Positions 46,413 to 57,066 of a DNA stretch of 64,000 nucleotides are shown here, piece by piece. The notes below the pieces were generated by a model. The model made no database searches, was not told the DNA's origin, and saw nothing but the letters and a program-made list of their open reading frames with translations. Numbering within the stretch: position 1 is the stretch's first letter; each line of letters starts with the position of its first letter. The stretch spans positions 33,047 through 97,046 of the forward strand of contig CAVTWJ010000004.1 of NCBI GenBank assembly GCA_963738405.1, written 5' to 3'. This stretch comes from a candidate division FCPU426 bacterium (GTDB taxonomy: Bacteria; Oederibacteriota; Muellerivitia; Muellerivitales; Muellerivitaceae). A program made the position numbers and the translations under genes.

Positions 46413-47954
46413 ATGCCGGATAACTTTTGCGTCAACCATATCGATAACAAGGCTGTAGGGATCTGCAAGCGCTGCGGACGTTTTTTCTGCGCGATCTGCC
46501 TGGATATGGACGTGATGGGCCAGCCCATTTGCCCTGATTGCATGAAGCGTAAACCCGGTGAAGCCGCCCCTAAAGATTCCAGCGCTGCCCCGCCGCCGCC
46601 CGCCGTTCGTTCCGCCGCTGCGGATCCCTTTGCGGCTTGGTCTGGTTCCAAACCGCTTTCGGGCGCGCCTCCGGTTGTCTCTAAGCCCACGATTCCTCCC
46701 GTCATCGCTAAGCCCTCCCTGCCTCCCCTGTCTTCTCCCAAGCCCGAGGGGCCTACTGGTTCGCCATTGAACTTCAAAAACAAGGGAATGGAAGATGATC
46801 CCTTCGGACTTTTTGGGACGCCCAAATCTTCACCTCCCTCTCTTCCCAAAGTCACCCCGCCCACGGACAAGGTCATGGATGATGAGTCACCCTCTTCCCC
46901 GAGCGAACCGCCCTTGGGAAGGTTCACGCCTTCCCCCGTCATTCCTTCCAAGGCGGACCTTCCTGATTTGGATTTTTCAGCCCCCTTGTCGGCGCCTCGG
47001 GTGGAACCATCCAAGGTGGGAACGCCCAAGCCGATGCCGCTTCCCCGGCCGATCATGCCTCAGCCCTCGGCGGCCCCCCCGGAAATTTCGATGCTCCCTC
47101 TGGGCCCGGAAACCAAACCCGCTCCCTCCCTCCGGCCCGAGCCGCCCCCGCCCTCCCTATCGGTGCCTCCCAGTTACGGGGAAGTACCCCTGACCGACCC
47201 CCTGCCGCAAGCCGCTCACCCTTTGGGCAAGGGCTATGGAAGGCCCAACGCCCTGATCGTGGTGAAACAGTGGCTGAGGTTCTTCTTACATAAAGTGACC
47301 GGGGTTTTGGAACCCGCGTCGAAGAAACTTCACATTCCCGCCGGGGTCTTGACCCTTCTGGTTCTTCTTCTTTTGGCGGGCGGGGTTATCGGTTTGGCAG
47401 CCTTAATGCCCGCCTCCGCGGTCAAGCTGGTGGATTCCATTCCCCCTATCCATATCGTGGAAGTGTCGGCCAGCCAGATTACCGACATGGATATCACTGC
47501 CTATTCGGAATTCCAGAACCAGCTCCAAACCATGGGCTTTACCGATATCCTTCAATTCACCCTGCCCCAACTGCCCAATTCAAATTTCATGGATGTCAGC
47601 GTGAAGCCGGATGTCTATACCTACGGTGAAATCGTCAAGTTTCCCAGCACCATCGCCCCCAAGGTTTCCTTCGTCACGATCTTTACCAACGGGGTTTGGT
47701 ATTCCACCAATGGATGGGAAGGGGACAACGTGGAAAACGCCTGGAGGGTCAGTGAGTTTTACCCCACCACCCCTCCCGACCAGCTCTACGTGAAGCATGT
47801 CCAAAGGGTCCAACAAATGATTTCCGACAATGGGTGGCAGTCCCAGGCCATGAACGAAAACCGCTATATGGCGGCCCTCTCCGATGAGCTTCGAACGGTT
47901 TTAACGACTGGTAAAATTGAGGCCTATAAGCTGACCGTCGCCCAATGGCATTGA
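46413..47954 (+). CDS. B-box-like zinc-finger, Pro-rich linker, single TM and extracytoplasmic domain protein
   Basis: CxxH..CxxC..CxxC..CxxC at the N-terminus; about 230-aa Pro-rich tract; TM GVLTLLVLLLLAGGVIGLAAL. Confidence 0.8.
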   Translation: MPDNFCVNHIDNKAVGICKRCGRFFCAICLDMDVMGQPICPDCMKRKPGEAAPKDSSAAPPPPAVRSAAADPFAAWSGSKPLSGAPPVVSKPTIPPVIAKPSLPPLSSPKPEGPTGSPLNFKNKGMEDDPFGLFGTPKSSPPSLPKVTPPTDKVMDDESPSSPSEPPLGRFTPSPVIPSKADLPDLDFSAPLSAPRVEPSKVGTPKPMPLPRPIMPQPSAAPPEISMLPLGPETKPAPSLRPEPPPPSLSVPPSYGEVPLTDPLPQAAHPLGKGYGRPNALIVVKQWLRFFLHKVTGVLEPASKKLHIPAGVLTLLVLLLLAGGVIGLAALMPASAVKLVDSIPPIHIVEVSASQITDMDITAYSEFQNQLQTMGFTDILQFTLPQLPNSNFMDVSVKPDVYTYGEIVKFPSTIAPKVSFVTIFTNGVWYSTNGWEGDNVENAWRVSEFYPTTPPDQLYVKHVQRVQQMISDNGWQSQAMNENRYMAALSDELRTVLTTGKIEAYKLTVAQWH

Positions 47955-48021
47955 GCCAATCCATTTAGTTTCAAACGATAGGCTTTTCCCCAAACCCCAC
48001 CACCGACTGTGGTGGCCTTCA

Positions 48022-48050
48022 TTGACTCCCCCGCCGACTGGGCTTATATT
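48022..48050 (+). promoter_or_regulatory. Sigma70-type promoter for guaB
   Basis: TTGACT-N17-TATATT, 34 nt before the guaB ATG. Confidence 0.65.
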
Positions 48051-48066
48051 AACCGCCACTTCTTAA

Positions 48067-49557
<1,491 letters not shown>

Positions 49558-49565
49558 AGATTTTT

Positions 49566-49662
49566 CACCACCAAGACACAAAGACACCAAGTTAAATTTT
49601 TTAAAGATTTTTTAAACCCTGTTTCTTTTTTGTCGTTCTTGGTGACTTGGAGTCTTGGTGGT
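49566..49662. repeat. Intergenic inverted repeat with internal short periodicity (MITE/REP-like)
   Basis: CACCACCAAGACACAAAGACACCAAG ... AT-rich loop ... CTTGGTGACTTGGAGTCTTGGTGGT. Confidence 0.8.
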
Positions 49663-49687
49663 AAATATTTTTTCTGTCGGAGTCTAA

Positions 49688-51238
49688 ATGAAACACGATA
49701 CCGTCATTGTTTTAGATTTCGGGGCCCAATACAGCCAGCTCATCGCCCGCAGGGTACGGGAATGCGGTGTCTACTGTGAAATTCTTCCTTTCTCCGCCAC
49801 CATCGAGCAAATCCTATCCAAAAATCCTAAGGGCATCATCCTCTCCGGCGGACCTTCTTCCGTTTATGCCCCCGGCGCGCCCCATGTCTCCAAGAAGCTT
49901 TTCGATCTGGAGGTTCCAGTTCTAGGCATCTGCTACGGTATCCAAATGATGGCCTATGCCCTTGGTGGGGAAGTGGAAAAAGCCCACAAGAGGGAATTCG
50001 GTCTGGCCTCCCTCAAGATCCGCGATCAAAAGACCCTCTTCGCCAAGCTTCCCAAAAGCCTGAACGTCTGGATGAGCCATGGGGACCACGTGGTGAAACT
50101 CCCCAAGGGCTTCCAGGTGTTGGCCTCCACTTCCAACTGCCACCTGGCGGCGGCAGCCAACCTTTCTAAAAAGCTTTATGGCATTCAGTTCCACCCCGAA
50201 GTGGTGCACACCCAAATGGGAACACGCATTCTCGACAACTTCGTAAAAAAGGTCTGCGCCTGTAAGGCCACCTGGAACATGGATGCCTACGAAAAGACCG
50301 CCATTGCCGAAATAAGGGCGAAAGTGGGGAAGGGCCGGGTTATTTGCGGGGTTTCTGGCGGGGTCGATTCCACCGTCACCGCCGCCCTTTTGCATCGGGC
50401 GATAGGCAAACAGCTCTCCTGCGTGTTCGTGAACAACGGGGTCCTCCGGCTGGGCGAGGCCGAGCAGGTGCTTTCCATGTTCCGCAAACAAATGGGTATC
50501 CCCCTCTATTTCGCTGATTCGGAAGACATTTTTCTCACCAAACTCAAGGGCGTGGCGGAGCCGGAAAAGAAACGAAAAATCATCGGCCGCACCTTCATTC
50601 AAATTTTCGAGCAAAAAGCCTTGGAACTTCAGAAAAAGCGGGGCAAGTTTGACTTTTTAGGTCAAGGCACGCTCTATCCTGATGTCATCGAGAGTGTCTC
50701 TGTGAAAGGTCCTTCCGCCACCATCAAGAGCCACCATAACGTGGGCGGTCTGCCCAAGCGCATGAAGTTCAAACTGGTGGAACCCTTACGGGAACTGTTC
50801 AAGGATGAGGTGAGGGAACTGGGAAAGCGATTGAGGATTCCCGACGAGCTTTTGTGGCGCCAGCCCTTTCCAGGGCCCGGCTTGGCAGTTCGCCTGATCG
50901 GCCCCGTCTCTAAAGAACGCTTGGATATCCTCCGCAAGGCGGATGCCATCGTTACCGAGGAAATCACCGCCGCCGGATTACAAAAATCCATCTGGCAGTC
51001 CTTCGCGGTACTGACCCCGGTGAAGAGCGTGGGCGTCATGGGCGATGAGCGCACTTACGAAAATACCTGCGTTATTCGCGCGGTGCATTCCACCGACGGC
51101 ATGACCGCCGACTGGGTGAAACTGCCCTACGATCTGCTGGGCCGGCTTTCCAACCGCATCATCAACGAGGTGCGCGGGGTAAATAGGGTGGTGTATGACA
51201 TAACAAGCAAACCACCCGGCACGATTGAGTGGGAATAG
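49688..51238 (+). CDS. guaA: GMP synthase (glutamine-hydrolysing)
   Basis: DFGAQY, GICYG, QFHPEV, SGGVDS, KSHHNVGG, KPPGTIEWE motifs. Confidence 0.98.
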   Translation: MKHDTVIVLDFGAQYSQLIARRVRECGVYCEILPFSATIEQILSKNPKGIILSGGPSSVYAPGAPHVSKKLFDLEVPVLGICYGIQMMAYALGGEVEKAHKREFGLASLKIRDQKTLFAKLPKSLNVWMSHGDHVVKLPKGFQVLASTSNCHLAAAANLSKKLYGIQFHPEVVHTQMGTRILDNFVKKVCACKATWNMDAYEKTAIAEIRAKVGKGRVICGVSGGVDSTVTAALLHRAIGKQLSCVFVNNGVLRLGEAEQVLSMFRKQMGIPLYFADSEDIFLTKLKGVAEPEKKRKIIGRTFIQIFEQKALELQKKRGKFDFLGQGTLYPDVIESVSVKGPSATIKSHHNVGGLPKRMKFKLVEPLRELFKDEVRELGKRLRIPDELLWRQPFPGPGLAVRLIGPVSKERLDILRKADAIVTEEITAAGLQKSIWQSFAVLTPVKSVGVMGDERTYENTCVIRAVHSTDGMTADWVKLPYDLLGRLSNRIINEVRGVNRVVYDITSKPPGTIEWE

Positions 51239-51278
51239 GTAGTTGATATTATGTAGAGTGTATTAAGGAAATTATTTT

Positions 51279-51944
51279 ATGGATTCAAAACCTGCAATTG
51301 AAAATTCAGATTCATTTTTCAGTTTATTCTGGAAAGTTTTTCTTTACCCTCGAAAAACTATCAAAGTAATTCTAGGGGTTCGTTTAAATTATGGAGTAGT
51401 GCTAATCCTCATAATCTCGGCCTTCTTAGAAATGTTTATAGCGAATCATGACCATGTGCCTTATTTCAAGAAATATAATCTTTTGTTTAATTTGTTTGCG
51501 GTTCCGGCTTTTGGAATTTTAAAGTATTTCTTTTCTTGGGCCATCGCTTTATTTCTTTTGGTGGTTGGAAAGGCCTTCGGCGGAAAGGCCACCATAAAGG
51601 AGTTGTTTAAAGTTGTGATTTGGACAATGCCACCGGATTTAATTGGAAAATTGTTTTTTGTGGTTGCAGGATTGTTGTTTTGGGTAGGGATGACTAACGG
51701 AGGAAATGCAAATGTTTCTGGCATTGATCCTGCGGTCTTATCTCAATATTTCTTTCGCGCACTGGCGACAGGTATGATGATTTGGGGAACGGTTATTAGT
51801 GTCATAATCCTTTCCGAAGTGCAAAAGTTTTCAATTGGACGATCAATAATTATAACTTTGATTTTTATAGGTTTTGTGACAGGAGTTGAAATGCTTATGG
51901 GCCGTAACGCTATTGAGGTATTAATTCACACATTTGATTATTAA
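51279..51944 (+). CDS. Low-GC Yip1-like membrane protein
   Basis: W..P..T start, about 5 TM, FGGKAT, SEVQKFS.GRS pattern typical of bacterial YIP1 domain proteins. Confidence 0.72.
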   Translation: MDSKPAIENSDSFFSLFWKVFLYPRKTIKVILGVRLNYGVVLILIISAFLEMFIANHDHVPYFKKYNLLFNLFAVPAFGILKYFFSWAIALFLLVVGKAFGGKATIKELFKVVIWTMPPDLIGKLFFVVAGLLFWVGMTNGGNANVSGIDPAVLSQYFFRALATGMMIWGTVISVIILSEVQKFSIGRSIIITLIFIGFVTGVEMLMGRNAIEVLIHTFDY

Positions 51945-52022
51945 AAATTATTTTTTTTAAACAAAACCTCCGCCTTTCGGATCTATCTATTGAAGCTGAA
52001 AATCCGATTGAAGGAGTTAGTT

Positions 52023-52271
52023 ATGAAACACGGTTATTTTATGGGGGTTTTTGGGGCGGTCATCTGGTCCATCCCCTTTTACTTTCTTTGGAACGCGCTG
52101 GCGCCCACCTACGCTTTCGGGCTTCCCGCCGTCTACCTGCACATCCCCTTCTGGCACTGCATGGGATTGTTCGTGATCATCGCCATTCTGCGGGGTTTAC
52201 TTTTCCCCTGGCGCTCCATGCACAGCTGGAAATTCAACTACAAGGGCTGGCACAAACACGCGCACGATTAA
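52023..52271 (+). CDS. Small hypothetical membrane protein
   Basis: AAGGAG RBS before ATG 52023; two hydrophobic helices (FYFLWN..P..FGLP). Confidence 0.7.
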   Translation: MKHGYFMGVFGAVIWSIPFYFLWNALAPTYAFGLPAVYLHIPFWHCMGLFVIIAILRGLLFPWRSMHSWKFNYKGWHKHAHD

Positions 52272-52278
52272 TAGGCTT

Positions 52279-52995
52279 TTAATTGTTCGAGAGAATTTGG
52301 GAGGACTCTTCTAAATAGGGCTGATTCTTTAATTGTTTCCTAATACCGTTATGCCTGGCCTGGGACCTGAAGCTCCAATCGGCCATGAAGCGGTAGAGCC
52401 AGTTGGGAACAATAGGTTTCCGGACCCTTTCTAAAATATAGTCAGGGATAGGAATGGCCCCTTCTTGGGCCAGACAAAGTACCAGGGCGTCCAAAGCCTT
52501 CACCACCGGGATCACCCTTCCCCCTGCCTTTTCCAAATCGCCCTCCGCGGGGATCATGCCCCCGCCCCCCAGGGTCAAGCCGCCCAGCCAGCCGAAATCC
52601 AGTGTTTCCGCGAAACGCCGGGCTACTTCCACCGCCAAATCGTTCTGATGGGCCTCCGGAAACCCGTTGTTGACCACAGCGGTGAGGGATTGGGGATGGG
52701 TGGGCCCCACCCTAAAGCAGTGGAGTGTGTATTCTTCCATATACTTCACCAGTCCCGAGGGGATCTGATCGGCGTAGAGGGGAAAGACCAGCACCACCGC
52801 GTCGGCGGCGTCCATCAGTGTGTGGTACCGTTCCAGGGTTTCGGTCGGAAGCATGGGGCCGTTCACGTGGATGATTTCAGTGATGGCTTGGTACCTGGCG
52901 AGTTTTCTTACCAGGTAATCGGCGATGGAATGGGATGCGCTTTCCCGGCCCTTGGGACTGCCGACCACCATCAATATTTTCCGCCCCTGTTTCAT
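52279..52995 (-). CDS. Flavodoxin-fold NAD(P)H-dependent oxidoreductase
   Basis: VGSPK, FPLYAD, NNGFPE motifs; ATGA overlap with the upstream gene. Confidence 0.8.
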   Translation of the reverse strand: MKQGRKILMVVGSPKGRESASHSIADYLVRKLARYQAITEIIHVNGPMLPTETLERYHTLMDAADAVVLVFPLYADQIPSGLVKYMEEYTLHCFRVGPTHPQSLTAVVNNGFPEAHQNDLAVEVARRFAETLDFGWLGGLTLGGGGMIPAEGDLEKAGGRVIPVVKALDALVLCLAQEGAIPIPDYILERVRKPIVPNWLYRFMADWSFRSQARHNGIRKQLKNQPYLEESSQILSNN

Positions 52996-53570
52996 GCGGC
53001 CGATCCTATGGTTGCCGCCAGCAGGCACATGCGCCCGTGGATATCGCTTTCGCTCATTCCGCCATAAAGGAACCCGCAGGATTGAGAGGGGGAATCAAGG
53101 TTGCGGGCGTTGGCCCCCACGAGATTCCGGAATATTTCCTCTTCCACCGCGTTTTTCTCGGGCAAGTGGCCCACGCCGATCAAGGAAATGCCCCGGCCGT
53201 ACCGGAGGGGGTGGTGGGTTTCCCCGTTTCTTCGAGTCATAAAGGGAAGCAGGCAGGGAAGGATGGTTCTTTCCATGGCGGTCTTCAATAGGGAGCCGTA
53301 GCCCCCGAAGGATACGGGCGTCAGAAAAACCAAAAGCCCGCTTTGGGCGAGGCCGTGGGTCAGCACATTGGCGTCGTCATCCATGTGGCAAAGGCCCGGG
53401 GTTTCCATCCAGCATTTGAAACATCCCCGGCAGGCGGTAATGGAAAGGTCGCGAAGGGGGAAGGTCAGGGTTTCCCAACCCCTTGAGGTAAGTTCCTTCT
53501 CCAGTAGGGCGGCGGCGGAATCCAGGGCCGGTTGACCCTTGGGCGCTCCGTTGAGAATCATGGCTTTCAT
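52992..53570 (-). CDS. Iron-sulfur flavoprotein / flavodoxin family protein
   Basis: LNG.P, CRGCFKCW....GLC, TPVSFGGY; GGAGG RBS. Confidence 0.82.
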   Translation of the reverse strand: MKAMILNGAPKGQPALDSAAALLEKELTSRGWETLTFPLRDLSITACRGCFKCWMETPGLCHMDDDANVLTHGLAQSGLLVFLTPVSFGGYGSLLKTAMERTILPCLLPFMTRRNGETHHPLRYGRGISLIGVGHLPEKNAVEEEIFRNLVGANARNLDSPSQSCGFLYGGMSESDIHGRMCLLAATIGSAA

Positions 53571-53681
53571 GGCTGCCTCCAAAGTCAAAGGATAGCCATT
53601 GAGAGATCGGGGTTTTATGACCCAAGTCATCGGAGGTTAGGTGGGAAAAACAAAGCAGGGCTTGGAAATTGAAGAACCCGA

Positions 53682-56600
53682 TTAGCGAAGAATAATCACC
53701 TTCAAAATCTTTGTCGTGGCGGCCCCCCCTGCCGATCCCTTCACACGAATGTAATAAAGCCCGCTGGCCACCGGTGTACCGCCCCGATCCATCAAATTCC
53801 AATCGATCGTTGTGTTTCCCGAGAAGGCAAGGGAGCCGCCCGCCACTTTGCGGAAGGCCGTTGTGAAAACGTCCCAAACCAAGTTGGAACCCGCCGGGCC
53901 CCGAGCGTTCAAGTGAAGCGGACCTGAACCCAAAACGGGATTGGGATAGGGTGGATCAACCACAACCCCCGAAAGGACTGGAGTAATTGTCGGCGAGGGG
54001 GTCACGGTGATGGTTGGACTGACCGTTGCCGTGAAAGTGAAGGTCGCGGTTGGGGTCCAAGTGGCAGTGGAAGTTGGGATAAATGTTGGTGTGAATGTGG
54101 GCGTTGAAGTAAAGACGGGCGTGCTTGTGGTCGTGGGAGTAGGGGTAATGGTTAGGGTGGAAGTGGCGGTTCCGGTTAGGGTCCAAGTGGTTGTCCAAGT
54201 CGGGGTGGAGGAGGTTGTGGGTGTTTTTGAGGCGGTATCAGTCGGAGTGAAAGTCGAGGTTGAGGTGACTGTTGGCGATAAGGTGGCTGTAGGGGTTTGG
54301 GTGGGGGTGAAGGTTGGTAATGGGGTCAGGGGCGTTAAGGTAAGTGTGGGTGTCGCGGTAGCAGTGGAGGTAATCGTAGGGGTGGCCGTAAGGGTCATTG
54401 TGCGGGTTAGCGTTGGGGTCGGGGTAGGGCTGGAGGTGGCAGATGCCGAATTCGTGGCCGTAGGCGTGGAGGTCGTGGTCGGTGTGGAAGTCGGCGTGGG
54501 AGTAGCTGAATTCGTCGCCGTAAGCGTGGCGGTGGAGGTCGCGGTAGCCGTGTTCGTCCTTGTCACAGTAGGGCTATTCACCGTGGTCGGACTTGGGGTG
54601 GGCGAAGGAGTCGAAGTCGCCGCCGGCGCCCCATTGGCCTGCATCCAAACCCCGCCCCCAAAAGTGCCCACATAGGCGGCGTTATTGCCGAAGTTGACGT
54701 GTTGGATGGAACTAAACGGAATTCCGGTTACCCGGGCCCAGGTGCTGCCGTCGTCGGTGGACTCAAAAAACCCCTGGTTTTCCGTTCCGTAATAGACGGT
54801 GGTGGGGTTGGAAGGGTCGATGCTGGGGGCGTAACCATAGGGGGTATGGTTGGGAATTCCGTAAAGGGTGGGCACCGGAATCGTCATGAGAGTCCAACTG
54901 GCGCCGCCGTTGGTGGTGCGGTAACAGCCCCCCTGGGTATGGGACGAATCCTGGGCCGCGATAAAGATGGTCATGGGGCTGGAAGGATTCACGTCGAAAT
55001 CCGTCGGGTAATAGAGGGGATTGCCGCCCGTCACGTTGGTTGTGATATTCGTCCAAGTGCCCCCGCCGTTGGCGGAAACAAAAAGTCCGCCCGGATTGGC
55101 ATAACCCGATTGGGCGGATAGCAGGCAGTAAAGGTTTCCGCCTACCAGCTTTAAGGAATAAACATTCTTGTTCGTCCCGATCACCGGCTGGGTTGCGCAG
55201 GCGGACCAGTTGTTTCCAGTGGTGTCGGATTTATAAACGCCCTGCCCCCACATGGCCGCGTAAAAAATGTTATTCACCGGGTCGTAAACGATGGAGGTGG
55301 CAGGCTTGGCGGGCAGGCCCGTGGACGAATTGGTCCAGTTGGCCCCGTTGTTGGTGCTTTTGATCACCCCTCCCACGCCCGCCTTGCCCAGGGGGTTGGA
55401 GTGGTCCAGGTCGTGCAGGCTGGAAACGGCCGCGAAAACCGTGCCCGCGGTCGTGTTGAAGGCCACGTGGTAGAAGGTTTCTGTCCAGTTCGAAGGGAAG
55501 GAACCGTCGTTGCGGCGGGCCGTATTGTGCCAGGTCGCCCCCGAATCCGAGGAGTAGCAAAAGCCGATATCCGAGGCGCAGATGTAATGATAATTGGTTG
55601 TGTTGGGGTCAAAGGCATATTGGAAAACGCTGGTAACTTCAAGCCCGCGCGAGGACCAGGCCTGGGCTTGGGAAGGGGGCGGGGATCCCGCGAAAGTGGA
55701 ATAGGCTTCTGTCCAGCTCACCCCCGCTGTGTCGCTTTTGAAAGTTTCCCCCAGGTCGCTGAACATCACCTGGCTGGAAGCGGCGGAATTCACCCCCAGA
55801 CCGTCCACCGGCGAACCCCATCCGGAAAAGCTCAAATCAAAATCAATCCATCCGTCGAAAAGATTGGCCATGGGTGACACATCCGAAAAAACCTGCGCCC
55901 AGGAAGTTCCGCCGTTGGTGGTCTTCCAGACGACGCGGTTGTAGTTGTTGGTGGCGTAGGCGGTGGTGATGTCGTTGTCGGAACTGGCCACCATGGCGAA
56001 GGTATCGGCGTTACTCGATAGGGCCCAGGCGGAAGCGTTGGTGGAGGTATAAAGTTCATTGCTGTTGCCGTCGATCACGAAAAGTTTTGTTCCGCCCACG
56101 GCGCCTGTGCTGGCTCCCGCGAAACTCAAAACATTGGCGGGTGTGGATAACCCGGTATTGGCGGCGGCCCAAGCGCTTCCCTCATTGACCGATTTAAATA
56201 CCCCGGCGGAGGTGCCGACGTAGCAGGTGCGGGTGCCCACCGCGCTCGATTGGTCCACCATAAATCCGCTGACGTACCCCGAGGTGCCGGTGGTGGCGGT
56301 GAAGCTGGTGCCGCCGTTGGTACTGCGCCAGACTCCATTGTCCGTCCCGATCAAAATGAAATTGGCGTCGCCCCGGTCGATGTAGATTATCGTGACACGC
56401 CCCCCGGTGTTGCCCCAGGCGGGCCAGGGAGCCGGGTTGGCCCCCGGCACGATGGACCAGGTCTGTCCCCCGTCGTTGCTGACCAAAAGGTTGGGGGAGA
56501 AAAGTTGGGTATCCTGCTGGGCCCCGAAACCATAAACAATGTTGGTGTTGGTAGGGTGAAAGGTCATGGGGCACATCACCCCGTCGTTGTAGCCGTAATC

Positions 56601-56870
56601 CACTTCGGTGCTGATCTGGTAAAAATCCAGCATGTTCCAGGTGTTGCCGCCGTCGGTACTGCGGTACCAGCCCGACATGTCGCAGCCGATAAAACGAATA
56701 TTTGAATTGACCGGGGAAATGGACGGGGCGTATTGGGCTCCGCCGCCGCCTATACCTACGGTGGTCCAGGCGGCAAAAAGGGAATAGGGAAAAATTAATA
56801 AAAAAAGGCAAGCGAGGGCGGGAGGTGAAAATATTTTGGGTTTTTTAACTAGGGAAGGTTCGGGTCCCAT
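53682..56870 (-). CDS. Secreted BNR/Asp-box beta-propeller (GH74-like) with Thr-Pro linker and FlgD-Ig/T9SS-like C-terminal domain
   Basis: Signal peptide; IGGGG start; many (S/T)xDGGxTW Asp-boxes; about 210-aa TP tract; PYPNP...W...ASGLYY...KVIILR. Confidence 0.85.
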   Translation of the reverse strand: MGPEPSLVKKPKIFSPPALACLFLLIFPYSLFAAWTTVGIGGGGAQYAPSISPVNSNIRFIGCDMSGWYRSTDGGNTWNMLDFYQISTEVDYGYNDGVMCPMTFHPTNTNIVYGFGAQQDTQLFSPNLLVSNDGGQTWSIVPGANPAPWPAWGNTGGRVTIIYIDRGDANFILIGTDNGVWRSTNGGTSFTATTGTSGYVSGFMVDQSSAVGTRTCYVGTSAGVFKSVNEGSAWAAANTGLSTPANVLSFAGASTGAVGGTKLFVIDGNSNELYTSTNASAWALSSNADTFAMVASSDNDITTAYATNNYNRVVWKTTNGGTSWAQVFSDVSPMANLFDGWIDFDLSFSGWGSPVDGLGVNSAASSQVMFSDLGETFKSDTAGVSWTEAYSTFAGSPPPSQAQAWSSRGLEVTSVFQYAFDPNTTNYHYICASDIGFCYSSDSGATWHNTARRNDGSFPSNWTETFYHVAFNTTAGTVFAAVSSLHDLDHSNPLGKAGVGGVIKSTNNGANWTNSSTGLPAKPATSIVYDPVNNIFYAAMWGQGVYKSDTTGNNWSACATQPVIGTNKNVYSLKLVGGNLYCLLSAQSGYANPGGLFVSANGGGTWTNITTNVTGGNPLYYPTDFDVNPSSPMTIFIAAQDSSHTQGGCYRTTNGGASWTLMTIPVPTLYGIPNHTPYGYAPSIDPSNPTTVYYGTENQGFFESTDDGSTWARVTGIPFSSIQHVNFGNNAAYVGTFGGGVWMQANGAPAATSTPSPTPSPTTVNSPTVTRTNTATATSTATLTATNSATPTPTSTPTTTSTPTATNSASATSSPTPTPTLTRTMTLTATPTITSTATATPTLTLTPLTPLPTFTPTQTPTATLSPTVTSTSTFTPTDTASKTPTTSSTPTWTTTWTLTGTATSTLTITPTPTTTSTPVFTSTPTFTPTFIPTSTATWTPTATFTFTATVSPTITVTPSPTITPVLSGVVVDPPYPNPVLGSGPLHLNARGPAGSNLVWDVFTTAFRKVAGGSLAFSGNTTIDWNLMDRGGTPVASGLYYIRVKGSAGGAATTKILKVIILR

Positions 56871-57066
56871 TCGTTCTTTCTTTGAGGGGTTAAGGATGAA
56901 GTGACCCGAGAAAGGGGTCAGGAGGACTACTGGTGACTGTAATTATACCCTTGGTTCCGAGGAGGAGGAGGGAGCGAACCGGGCCAAATAAGGCACGAAA
57001 TGCCCTTTATCTTTCCTGCTTCCCCCCTTATCCTTAGCCCCCAATTCATTCATATATAAGGACAGC

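Noticed and set aside
54007..54675. Val/Gly-rich ORFs (also 60174-60620 and 63495-63894)
   Set aside because: Reverse-complement translations of Thr/Pro repeat tracts
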